Shown here piece by piece: positions 11,060 to 22,684 of a stretch of DNA of 32,923 nucleotides. Source of the stretch: Octopus sinensis (Eukaryota); the NCBI RefSeq assembly GCF_006345805.1, contig NW_021832797.1, positions 1 through 32,923 of the forward strand, written 5' to 3'. Both the position numbers and the translations under genes were made by a program. The notes under the pieces are model-generated. The model searched no databases, was not told the DNA's origin, and worked only from the letters and a program-made list of their open reading frames with translations. Every line of letters begins with the position of its first letter. The first letter of the stretch is position 1.

Positions 11060-11220
11060 TTTTTTTCTACTCTAGGCACAAGGCCCGAAATTTTTTGGAG
11101 GGGCCCAGTCGATTAGATCGACCCCAGTACGCAACTGGTACTTAATTTATCGACCCGGAAAGAATGAAAGGCAAAGTCGACCTCGGCGGAATTTGAACTT
11201 AGAACGTAAAGACAGACGAA
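11060..11220 (-). mobile_element. Family B SINE, 5'-truncated, with ...GGCCTTGTGCCTAGAGTAGAAAA tail
   Basis: The reverse complement matches unit 3 of the 4299-4906 trimer. Confidence 0.9.
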
Positions 11221-11756
11221 TCAGTTATATAGTAAGAAAAAAAAAAGACAAATTATTAAATGAATTAAGAAGTCAATACACGAAGTAGAGTTGACGTGGC
11301 ACAATGTGTGCCAATGAAATTGCACATCATACAACATGTGCCGCACAGTTGTAGTCAATACATGAAGTAGATTTAATGTGACGCAAAGTTTGACATTGAA
11401 ATTCCACTTAGCACTGCATCATGAGACACAGAATCTAATGAACGTACCAAATAACTGAATATTTAAATAATCTTACATTGTGCCTCCAACTGACTTTGCC
11501 CGAAGATAATCGTTACAACCGTGCAAAGAATTAAACAATATAGAACAGCGGGAAGAATACGGCAGTACAGAAGCACACACACACACACACACACACATAC
11601 ATACATACATACATACATACATACATACATACATACATACACACACACATACATACATACATACATACATGTATACATACATACAAACATACATATATAC
11701 ATACAAACTTACATATGTATATTTATATGTATATCTGTTTGTGTATATGCATGTAC

Positions 11757-11822
<66 letters not shown>

Positions 11823-12380
11823 ATGCACATACTAGTGTATATATTATCTGGCACATCCACTAAGTATTTAAGGTTTTACTTGAACGAGTCGTGTTAATTT
11901 ATATTCATCCATCTTTTATCGTTGTTCACAGCACAGTTTTCATTGTGGTGTTGAGGTCTCGGAGGGAATATAATGGTAATAAACCAGAATTACACCGGAA
12001 TATATTCTCTTACATAATGGAGACAATTGCTCAGAAGGATTTGCACAAAGACGCACTAATACACTGGCGCATCCACACATATACATACGTATACACACAT
12101 GTAAAAGCCCACACATACACATACACACACACTTCGCTGTCTTTCGCTTTCTATGTATTACACATATATTTACATGGACGCAGAAATGTGCTGAAGAGCT
12201 GATATATTTCAGGCATGAATATGTATATGAAATGTTTATGTGTGTGCGCATGTGTGTATATGTGTGTGTATATGCAAATGTGTGTAAGTATGTGTTTGTA
12301 CGCGTACGTGCAAAATAGAATTGGTTATCTGTATGGTGGCTGAAACACGCATACCAACTCAAATACGCTCACATACACAC

Positions 12381-12448
<68 letters not shown>

Positions 12449-12582
12449 GGCACGCGCGCATGATTTTAGAACCTATGTTTAGTTCAACTTCGAAGTCACT
12501 CACACTTTCTAAAACATATACCGAAGTCTACTCCATGGATTTACTCGTTTATATACCTAAAACTTGCTCTTAAATACTAAGG

Positions 12583-12615
<33 letters not shown>

Positions 12616-12662
12616 ATTTATGTGTCTGTATATATATTTATTCATATGTATATATATTATTC

Positions 12663-12707
<45 letters not shown>

Positions 12708-13042
12708 ATATACATGTATTCATATATATATGTATATGTATATACATATTATGATACACACACACACATATATATATATAGAGAGAGAGAGATTGATGTA
12801 AATATATAATAGGAACGAGCTCTTTGAGGATTTTATTTCTAAAACATTATGAAGAATAAATATGAATATTTATAAAACACTCGCACACAAATGCATGCGC
12901 GTGTGTGTATGTGCATCTGTGTAATACATGTGTATGCATATATATATATATATAACACACTCACACACATACACATATATACATGTGTCTTTATATAAAT
13001 ATATATCTATGTATATACAGCTCCCTCCACTCACTCACACAG

Positions 13043-13085
<43 letters not shown>

Positions 13086-13194
13086 ATATACATACGTGTG
13101 CGTTTATTACAATCAACAGTTGACAGTTTACTTTGAGGTTTGCCTTTCTCATGGCGGTTCACGACTTCACACAGACACACACACTCATGTTTAC

Positions 13195-13237
<43 letters not shown>

Positions 13238-13466
13238 ACATATACATGCACACATATACACTCACATTCGCTCACATTCGCTCACACACCCACACTCAAC
13301 ATTCTCACACAGAGATATGTCTATATATGCCTCTGTGTATGTGTGTCTGTATGTCTGTCTGTCTGCGTGTGTATGGGATACTTGAGCTGTGTGGAGATCG
13401 GGGACAACAAAACTGGAGGAAGCCTTCAAGGAACACATTAAAAAGGGACATTGCCATGCACATCAA

Positions 13467-13601
13467 ATTCACCGCCGCCACCACCACCACCACCACCACC
13501 ACCACCACCACCACCAACCACCACCACCACCACCACCACCAACACCACCACCAACACCACCAACACCACTACTACTACTACTACTACTATTACTACTACT
13601 A

Positions 13602-13642
<41 letters not shown>

Positions 13643-13860
13643 ACAGCTAAGTGTTATCTCCACAAGTGACCATCACCATTACCACTGGCACCAGTAGCGA
13701 CACAGCCACCGCCACCAACACGACGACCACCAATGGCACGCTGTCGACGTCGTCATCACCGTCATCATCATCATCATCGCCGTCGTCGTCCTCCTCATCA
13801 TCGTCGTATAACTAACGGGAGCATCAGCAACAACATCAAGAACAACACCAACAGCACCGA
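13467..13860. repeat. Compound trinucleotide repeats (CAC)n/(CTA)n/(TCA,TCG)n/(CAA)n
   Basis: Read directly from the sequence. Confidence 0.9.
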
Positions 13861-14019
13861 CCCCTCAACCTAATAAGACAGACAAAAGCAAAAAAACAAA
13901 AGATGTTGTTTGCCCGACATTTTCCCCTTCCATCAAATGTGCAGACGGTGGGAAAAAAGACGGCTGTCGGTCGTCATTGGTTGATCCTTTCTTGACTTAA
14001 TCAAATAATAAAATGCCCC

Positions 14020-14033
14020 GTCACCATGGCAAC
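14020..14033. promoter_or_regulatory. RFX X-box motif GTCACC-AT-GGCAAC
   Basis: Exact match to the consensus GTNRCC-N0-3-RGYAAC, in repeat-free sequence. Function is not shown. Confidence 0.45.
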
Positions 14034-14213
14034 AAATTGGCCGCCTGCTACGGCGTTAACTCCTATGTGGCCCCTACCCTAAAGAAAGGGTCTAGCATTC
14101 CTTAGCTCCATTAATATTTATAGGATTACGTTTATAAACTGTTTGTTTTATTGATTAGTAAAAGAGGCGGAAGGGGGGGGGGAGATTACGACACATCGGC
14201 ATCGTTTGTTAGG

Positions 14214-14227
14214 TGTTGCTAGCAACA
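14214..14227. promoter_or_regulatory. Perfect palindrome TGTTGCTAGCAACA, RFX X-box-like
   Basis: 14-bp palindrome with GTTGCT/AGCAAC half-sites. Confidence 0.35.
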
Positions 14228-14352
14228 CATACATACCGAGACACATACATATGCATACACATTCACCATTAAAAGAAATATACGACCAATACATGCACCA
14301 TATACGTACACACACACACACGCATATATATATACATATATACATATGCATG

Positions 14353-14386
<34 letters not shown>

Positions 14387-14434
14387 AATATAAAAGGGTA
14401 TATATATATATATATATATATATAGATATATATA

Positions 14435-14482
<48 letters not shown>

Positions 14483-14760
14483 TATACATGCATGTATGTA
14501 TGTGTGTACGTATATATATATATACGCACATATATACATTTATATATATATGCACATGCATACATATATATATATATATACATATATACATACATATATA
14601 TATACATATATACATGCATATACATACATGCATATATATACATATATATACATACATATATGTATATAAATTTTATATATATATATGTATATATATATAT
14701 GTATTTATGTTATGTTTGTATATATACATATGTATACGCGTACACTCACGCATACATGTG
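14228..14760. repeat. (AT)n/(AC)n-rich low-complexity tract
   Basis: Read directly from the sequence; source of several spurious long ORFs. Confidence 0.85.
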
Positions 14761-15234
14761 CATGACTATGTCGACCCTCACGCTTCTCTTGGACAATAAC
14801 AATGGAATGGTAAAAGACTACTTGCTGCATGAGCAACAGCTGGCATTGCAGACAGTATTTCCCAAAACTGCTCCGTAGACGGGACTCTACTGCGTTTCTC
14901 CGCTGCGGTATGGCAATTCGAACTGTAGCAGTCTAAGGAAACTATGAAAGTGCGCCTAACCGGCGTTGAGCAATGCGCTTGGGTTGCTTTCGAAAGAAAT
15001 AGAGAAGGCATCGTATCTCATTGACAACCACCACCAACTTTTTAACCACAGGAAAACATCTTTTCCAGCTGGTTATCGTCACACAGTCTGTGTGTAAAAT
15101 ATACTGTGAGCAAAAGAGCATACTACCCCCTTCTGGCCACTAGCAATACCAACAGACCAATGGTTTCTGGGTAATTTCCCGTTCTCGGTGCTGGACAATC
15201 GTCGGCTAGAGATAACAGCTTACTCGATCTGAGA

Positions 15235-15466
15235 GAAGCCCATCGTACACACACACAAACACACATATGTATATCTGTATATAATTATGTATGTGTGTTT
15301 GTCTCTCCACCATCACTATATAACCGATGTTGGTATGTTTACGTCCCCGTAACTTAGCGTTTCGGCTAAGAGACTGATAGAACAAGTACCAGGCTTACAA
15401 AGAATAAGTCCTGGGGTGAATTTCTTCGACTAAAAGGCGGTGCTCCAGCATGAACGCAGTCAAATA
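15235..15466 (+). mobile_element. Family A SINE body end, microsatellite spacer and tail module
   Basis: GAAGCCCATCGTA, then AC/AT repeat, then GTTTACGTCCCCGTAACTTAGC...AAGAATAAGTCCTGGGG. Confidence 0.8.
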
Positions 15467-15654
15467 ACACTCCCAAACAACACTTATTTTAGTGCTATTG
15501 ACACCGCTATTGACACCAGGTGTCGAAAGCATAGTGATATCCGTTGGGCAGCCGATGATGGAAGTGTGTTGGATTGTCGGTATGGCTGTTATTGTATGTG
15601 CGGTATAGTTTTATAAGACATCCATTTGAGACATACATGCATATATACATAACT

Positions 15655-15686
<32 letters not shown>

Positions 15687-15729
15687 ACACACACACGCAC
15701 ACACACACACACACACACACATACACACA

Positions 15730-15992
15730 CATATATATATACATGCACGCTTACCTAAGCAGACATGAAAACCCTTCCGGCCCTTCCATCCATGCCTCAG
15801 CAGAAAAAAGGCAATATAAGAGCTGGGAGTAAGAGAGGGCTGCTGCTGTACTGCGCCATTTTCAGCTGTGTAGACTGGGTAACGAGATACAATGTACTTT
15901 TCTACAGAGAACGTGCCAACCGTCCAGAAATCGAACCGATAACCTTATGATCGCGATTTCAATCATCTATCGCACAGGCTGCGCATTTCTCT

Positions 15993-16043
<51 letters not shown>

Positions 16044-16331
16044 ACACACACACACACACACACCACATACACACATATATATATACATGCACGCTTACCT
16101 AAGCAGACATGAAAACCCTTCCGGCCCTTCCATCCATGCCTCAGCAGAAAAAAGGCAATATAAGAGCTGGGAGTAAGAGAGGGCTGCTGCTGTACTGCGC
16201 CATTTTCAGCTGTGTAGACTGGGTAACGAGATACAATGTACTTTTCTACAGAGAACGTGCCAACCGTCCAGAAATCGAACCGAGAACCTTATGATCGCGA
16301 TTTCAATCATCTATCGCACAGGCTGCGCATT

Positions 16332-16417
<86 letters not shown>
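15730..16417. repeat. 344-bp near-identical tandem duplication containing a minus-strand decayed SINE-like head
   Basis: 15741-15988 matches 16085-16332 except one substitution (CCGATAACC vs CCGAGAACC). The reverse complement contains GGTTCGATTTC (B box). Confidence 0.9.
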
Positions 16418-16427
<10 letters not shown>

Positions 16428-17774
16428 ATACCTGTGCGCGCACACAAATCCAAATCGATCTTTCACGCTTGCACAACCCTCTTCCTTCACACAGAACGAA
16501 CCAATGTGATTACGCCATAATCAATGCGATTTATTTACTTGCAACTAAATCTGGCCTAGAATTTTGTGCAGAGATTTTTCTTTACAAAATGTTTGAAAAG
16601 CGGATTTTACTGAAGTGCACTTGTATCTCTATGGTAACAGATTTGACAGCCGCTTGTTTATTCTATCATTAGTTTAGAATTTATGCTGACATAGCACACC
16701 TGTAGATTTTACTTCCTTTAACTATATTCAAAGACACGAAGCAACTTTTCAATATGTACGTATACGTGGGCAGACAGGCACGCATAAATACGTGTACACA
16801 CGTATCTACAGATATATGATTCTATATATGTATGCGTGCATGTACGTATACATACATGTATATATATGTATATATATATATAAATCTATAAATAAATATA
16901 AATACTTACGCGCGCGCACACACACACATACACACATATATATACATATACACACAAGCATACGTTTCTATTTATATATGTATATTTATTTATGCGTTTA
17001 TACGTATGCATGTAAATATCTGTGTATAGATTATACATAGATAAAATTTGTCAAATTTGTCATTTTCTCTCAATAATTATATTAAAAAATACGCATATAT
17101 AAACACACGCACACACGCACGCACACACGCACGCACACACATGTGTATATATAATTATATATTATATAGCTATATATATACACAAATAAATATATGCCCA
17201 CGTAGATATATCTATGTGTGTGTGTGTGTGTGTGTGATATTGAAATGTATTTCTTGAGTGAATGAATGGATATGAAACATTCCAATGAATTGTATAAGCA
17301 TCATGTGTGCAGATGAGTTTAAAAATACCGTCCGCAATATTTTTGTGGAGACATACATGCATGCGAACAGATCATGTCTCTGTGGTTATGTATACACAGT
17401 GAGATGACTGCGAATTAAGCGGTTTAATGTTGTAAGCTATATTGAGCTCTAATATTTTGTGTTATCTGCCGTGTATACAAAGCACATCAGAATGGTGTGT
17501 GTTTACACTTACACTTACACACACACCACACACACACACACGTATATATATATATATAGTATCACACATACACACACAAATACACACACACACATATACG
17601 CATGTTATGGTCTTATCTATGTATGTGTGTATGTACGCATGTATCTCTCTCACTGTCTTAAGAATTTATATATTTTCGAGAGAACGTGAAATAATTCCCT
17701 TTTGGAATTGGTTCTCAAAGCACCTCACATAAAGCGATGTATAGTAGCATGAAAATATTGGGTTAAGAATCTCT

Positions 17775-18040
17775 TTTGGATAGAAAAGATCGAAGGCTGG
17801 CCATGGGACTCAAATCCACATCTCCTGTAGTCATGACTGACGTTCTGCCGTTGTACCAAAGCAACACCTCGAATCTCTTGTAAGGTCAGCAACATGCAAT
17901 TTTTGCTGGTAAGAATAAAGTTGCTAAATTGGATAAAAAATTTCAAAGACTTGCATTGGTTCAGTGGTAGATCGCTTGTCATGTCTACAGAAGATGTAGG
18001 CTCCAGTCCCACGGGCAGCCTTCGACTTTTCCCATTCAAA
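17775..18040. other. Back-to-back (divergent) pair of tRNA-like sequences forming a ~90-bp imperfect inverted repeat with an 86-bp spacer
   Basis: The reverse complement of 17775-17864 aligns with 17951-18040 at roughly 70-75% by eye. A-box TGGTTCAGTGG (17957-17967); inferred consensus T-arm GTGGG-TTCGAGT-CCCAC. Confidence 0.65.
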
Positions 18041-18263
18041 GGGGTTTCAATGGGTTATTGCAGCGCAAATCACGTACTCGAGTAACTATATGTACAATAG
18101 AATCCAGTTGCTTGTATACAATTGTAAAACCAACAATATTCTACTCACTACGTGTATACACTATCCCGCCAATATGTGTCTGTGAGTTTCTTTATGTATT
18201 TGAGCTTATACATACATAGTCCAGCACATATCCTCACACGGGACATTAACTATGGTGAATTTG

Positions 18264-18491
18264 TTTCTTTATTACCCACAAGGGGCTAAACATAGAGGGA
18301 ACAAACAAGGACAGATAAACGAATTAAGTCGAACACATCGACCCCAGTGCGTAACTGGTACTTAATTTATCGACACTCGAAAGAATGAAAGGCAAAGTCG
18401 ACCTCGGTGGAATTTGAACTCAGAACGTAACGGCAGATGAAATACGGCTTCGCATTTCGCCCGGCGTGCTATCGGTTCTGCCAGCTCGCCG
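18264..18491 (-). mobile_element. Full-length family B SINE with ...TTTAGCCCCTTGTGGGTAATAAAGAAA tail
   Basis: The reverse complement matches unit 1 of the 4299-4906 trimer. Confidence 0.9.
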
Positions 18492-20019
18492 CGTTGAATC
18501 AACACAATCGTTGTGCTTTCGTATCTTCTATGTGTGTGCATAAAGATTTGCGTAATAAAGTCATCAGCAACTTGCTAAGCATGCCAAGGGGATAATCATC
18601 ATTACAATCGCTAATTGATTACGTTCCTTCATCCAATTAATTAACTCTTTATTTTTGTGCTATTTGTTCCTGGAGATCTTGCCTGGCATCTAGTTCGCAT
18701 ACAGCCGAAGGAATATGGCTGCTATGCCAGTGTCATTGGAACTGCGGTTGAATAATTGATAAAATAGCACAGGTTCAGCATGAAACCATTTGTTCTGCAT
18801 TACAACCATTGATTCTATTATAATATATATATAAACATACGTACACACACACACACACCCACCCACACACATATATATTTTGTGAGTGGAAAGAGGAAAA
18901 GAGAGAGAGAGAGAAGAAGAAGAAGAAGAGAGGGAGGGAGAGAAAGAGAGAGAAGAAGAAGAGAGGGAGGGAGAGAAAGAGAGTGATGAAGAGAGATTTG
19001 GCAATTTTGATCTTCATTTACGCATGGTTAGATCAACAACCAAATGTTGAAATTCTTTCAACTTGTTATAATATATAATTCTGTATTTTTTTTCCTTCGA
19101 TGTTCCAGGTCACCATAACTGAGGTGTCTGTTATAATATCAAACGTTGTCTAGCAAAGTGTTATGGAATTATGGGACGATCTTTCAGAGCACCCTCTATT
19201 ACCATATATGGAGTGATAATAGTTATGTTTGACTACTTGACATCCAAACATTAGAAAAGATTTCGATCGCCAATACACAACAACAACAACTACAACGACA
19301 ACAACACCACCACCATCACCACCACCACCACCAACAGCAGCAGCAACAACTAGCCATGGTAATAAATAAACGGCAAGTGTCAATATGATTAATGGTTCTG
19401 ACCTCAAACACCGTCGAGTTATTAGCAAAGACTCATAATCTTACATCTAGAGATGTCTCAAAAACACTTAACTCACATTGAGTCTAAGACATCATCATCA
19501 TTATCAACATCATCATTGTGGATATTACTATCATCTCCTACTTCCTCCTCCTCCTCCTCCTCCTAACCGTCGTCATCATCCTCCACCTTCTCCCTCCTCC
19601 TCCTCTTCTCCATATCTTCTTCTTTCTCCCGTCCCTTGTCCTATTCCTCCTCCCTCCTTCTCACTTCCTCTCCTCCTTCCCTCTTCTTCGTCCCCTTCGT
19701 CATCATCATTATCATCGTCATCATCATCATTACTTTGTAAATCTACTGAAAACCCTCAACATTGGACCAGTTTGGTGGACCCAAACTCACAACCTCAATT
19801 TCTCCTCAAGTCCCCAGATTTTCTCAATATTGATAACTTTGTCCGTCCCTACATCCATCACCATAATGTTGATAATCCTTTTATCACTTTACCAATTCAC
19901 GTTTCCGTATCTATGCTCTTTCCTATCTCTCTTTCACTCTTCGAGAAAAAAATTCTAAATTAAATCAAGAAAAAAACCCAAAACAAAATTAGAAGTAAGT
20001 CTATCCCTTAAACACATAC

Positions 20020-20395
20020 ACTCACTCTTCCTTTCTCGCTCTCTTCCTCTCTCGCTCTCTTCCTCTCACTCTCTTCCTCCCTCGCTTTCATCCTTCCTCG
20101 CTCGCTTCTTTTCTTGCTATCTTCCTCTCTCGCTCTCTTCCTCTCTCGATCTCTTCCTCTCACTCTCTTCCTCTCTCGCTTTCATCCTCCCTCTCTCTCT
20201 CTTCCTCTCTCGCTTTCATCCACTCTCGCTCTCTTCCTCTCTCGCTCTCTTCCTCTCTCGCTTTCATCCTCTCTCTCTCTCTTCCCCTCTCGCTCTCTTC
20301 CTCTCTCGCTCTCTTCCTCTCGCTCTCTTCCTCCCTCGCTCTCTTCCTCTCTCGCTTTCATCCTCTCTCGCTTGCTTCCTCTCTTGCTATCTTGT
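20020..20395. repeat. Polypyrimidine minisatellite (units CTCTCGCTCTCTTC and CTCGCTTTCATC)
   Basis: Read directly from the sequence. Confidence 0.9.
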
Positions 20396-20466
20396 TAAAA
20401 TAACTCAAAGCCACAAGAGCACTGAACTTAATGACTGATAAAGAGAGGTAAGTTTCCAGTGTGCAT

Positions 20467-20522
20467 AGCCGGATCGCAATTTCGGATTTTGATGCAGGCC
20501 ATCTTAATCTTCATCAGCGACT
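20467..20522 (-). ncRNA. Type-I hammerhead ribozyme motif with extended stem II
   Basis: Minus strand AGTCG-CTGATGA-A-GATT-AA-GATG-GCCTG-CATC-AA-AATC-C-GAAATTGCGATC^CGGCT. Stem I AGTCG/CGGCT (one G-U pair), intact core, AUC triplet. Confidence 0.7.
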
Positions 20523-20696
20523 CTTAAAGCCTAGAGTTAAACACGACTGCCTCTGTCAGTCTTACAAGAAAAACCGTTGAAAACATGCTGATTTTCAAAA
20601 CGGTAAAAGTGTAAACAATAAATTAAAAAGTGGGGCTTATTAGCAATTAAAGCATAAAGGCAAAATTAATAGAGGTCACAACAGTGACTATATATA

Positions 20697-21081
20697 AAAT
20701 TTTTTTCTCTCCTTGTTTTTTCTGTGTCCCTTTCTGTAGAAGAGCGTAGGCTTGAAACGTAAAAGACTTTTTCTATTCCTGAGCGTTATCCTAATATACC
20801 TGTTTGCTTTGTACACCACCTGTCTTCGTCTTTTGTTTTTTTCGTAAACTCTCCCTATATATATAGTTATATACATATAGATATGGTACATATATAAATA
20901 AGGCATGAGAAACTGCATGTTTTTTTTTTATTTTCTCTGTTTATGTTCTCGTGTTCCTTTCTGTTGAAGAGCATAGGCTCAAAACGTAAGAGACTTTCTC
21001 ACCTTCTCGAGCGTTAAACTAATACACCTGCTTGTTGTTTATACACCTGTCTTCGTCTTTTGCTTTTCTGTTAATTTCAAC

Positions 21082-21085
<4 letters not shown>
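20697..21085 (+). mobile_element. Two tandem copies (offset 227 bp) of a ~170-bp repeat carrying a variant hammerhead-like motif
   Basis: CTTT-CTGTAGA-A-GAGC-GTAG-GCTT-GAAAC-GTA^AAAG (20730-20765) and CTTT-CTGTTGA-A-GAGC-ATAG-GCTC-AAAAC-GTA^AGAG (20957-20992). Shared downstream GAGCGTTA...CTGTCTTCGTCTTTTG. Confidence 0.65.
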
Positions 21086-21163
<78 letters not shown>

Positions 21164-21912
21164 ATGTATGTATGTATGTATGTATGTACGTATGTATATA
21201 GCAGCGCATCAGTGCTACCTCAAATCAACACCCAACTAAGACAGATGTATTCTTCAAGACACTGGGAGATGCCCTCTTTGCAAACCCATCAGGGGGGACA
21301 ATGTTCTGCAGAGATGGGACTCTCTCAGGGACATCATCCATAGAACTGCACTGAGAGCCTTTGTTAGTAGAAGGAAAATGACGAAAGTTCTTCATCCAGA
21401 TCGTTTAGTCAGTCTCTCCAGAAAGAAAACTCCGATGTAACATGTGCAATTTTGTTTGCATCCAATGATTTAGACAACTCTTTAGTTTTAGGTAATTGCA
21501 TACGTTATTTAGAGAGCTAGATCGACCTTGTACGAGGCCTTTACTTATTACAAAATGTTTCAGGTACACGAATCGCTTGATTATTTAATATCTCTATTAA
21601 CGTCTCCATTATGAGTTGCATCATATGACTGGCTATAACCGAAAAAGAAAAAATACTCAACGAAAAATTCCATGGTGGAATGAAAGCCTGCGTCAATGGG
21701 TGATAGGTTATCTGAACAGCTGCTTCAAGAGGCATCCATCATTGCCACATCTATGCAAAAAATGAAGATCTCGAGCGGTAATGGAAAGCCATAACCATTC
21801 TGTTTATGCTTAAGCAATGGCATTGATCAAAATTAAGTTGCAGTCACCAAGTATGACTGTTTCTTTCTTTGTATGCATGTGTGTATATTACACACACAGA
21901 CACACACACACA

Positions 21913-21985
<73 letters not shown>

Positions 21986-22203
21986 ACACAAACACACTCG
22001 TAGCAGTAACACCTAGTATCGCTGGGGTTTATATTATAAAAAAGGATCTGAAACAGTTACAAAACCTGAGGCCATATCCTTAATGTGATTTGTCCTTACG
22101 CATATTTGATGTACCAAGGTCTAAAACTGTAGCCTACAATTTCAAGCATCGATAAATACATACATAATACATACACACATACATACATACATACATACAT
22201 ACA

Positions 22204-22237
<34 letters not shown>

Positions 22238-22684
22238 CATACATACATACATACATACATGCATGCATATATACATACATACAACAGAAAAGCATTATTT
22301 CTTGCCAATAACAACATAATTATCCAGATTCTTTGATTATTTTCTTTCTTCTATTTGGAAGAGACATCTTTTCCGAAATTTTAAGATCATTAAACATCCT
22401 GTGTGAGTAAGAGAATATCTTTCCTCGTTGTTTTTCCTTATTGACATCAACTTATATAGTTTGTCTAAATTATCATCTACATTAATCAAAGTTTACTTCA
22501 AATGTTCATATAATTTACGAAAACGAACATTACACTACATCAACCAAATTCAAACAATCTTTTATTAATTCATAATATTTTTGATTGAGTGTTTGAAAAA
22601 GATGCTGATATTTTGTAGTTCGTCTGAGAATGTTGATATTGAACACAAACACATACATTTATTTATATATACAAATATATATAT

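Noticed and set aside
12185-12225. CTGAAGA followed by a CTGA/TCAG hairpin
   Set aside because: Lacks the GAAA core segment and a cleavage triplet with stem I.
14148-14878. Long ORFs of 128-197 aa rich in Y/I/H/T/C/V (also 5636-6064, 8212-8598, 11463-11897, 13096-13669, 28439-29047)
   Set aside because: Translations of dinucleotide, trinucleotide or tetranucleotide repeats that lack stop codons.
15765-16294. Duplicated 61-aa ORF MKTLPALPSMPQQ...
   Set aside because: Antisense to a decayed SINE-like head, with no recognisable domain. The duplication is of DNA, not evidence of a gene.
21601-21770. Frame reading RKRKNTQRKIPWWNESL, reminiscent of the PWW motif in LINE endonuclease-RT linkers
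   Set aside because: A single short motif bounded by stops, with no other LINE motif nearby.
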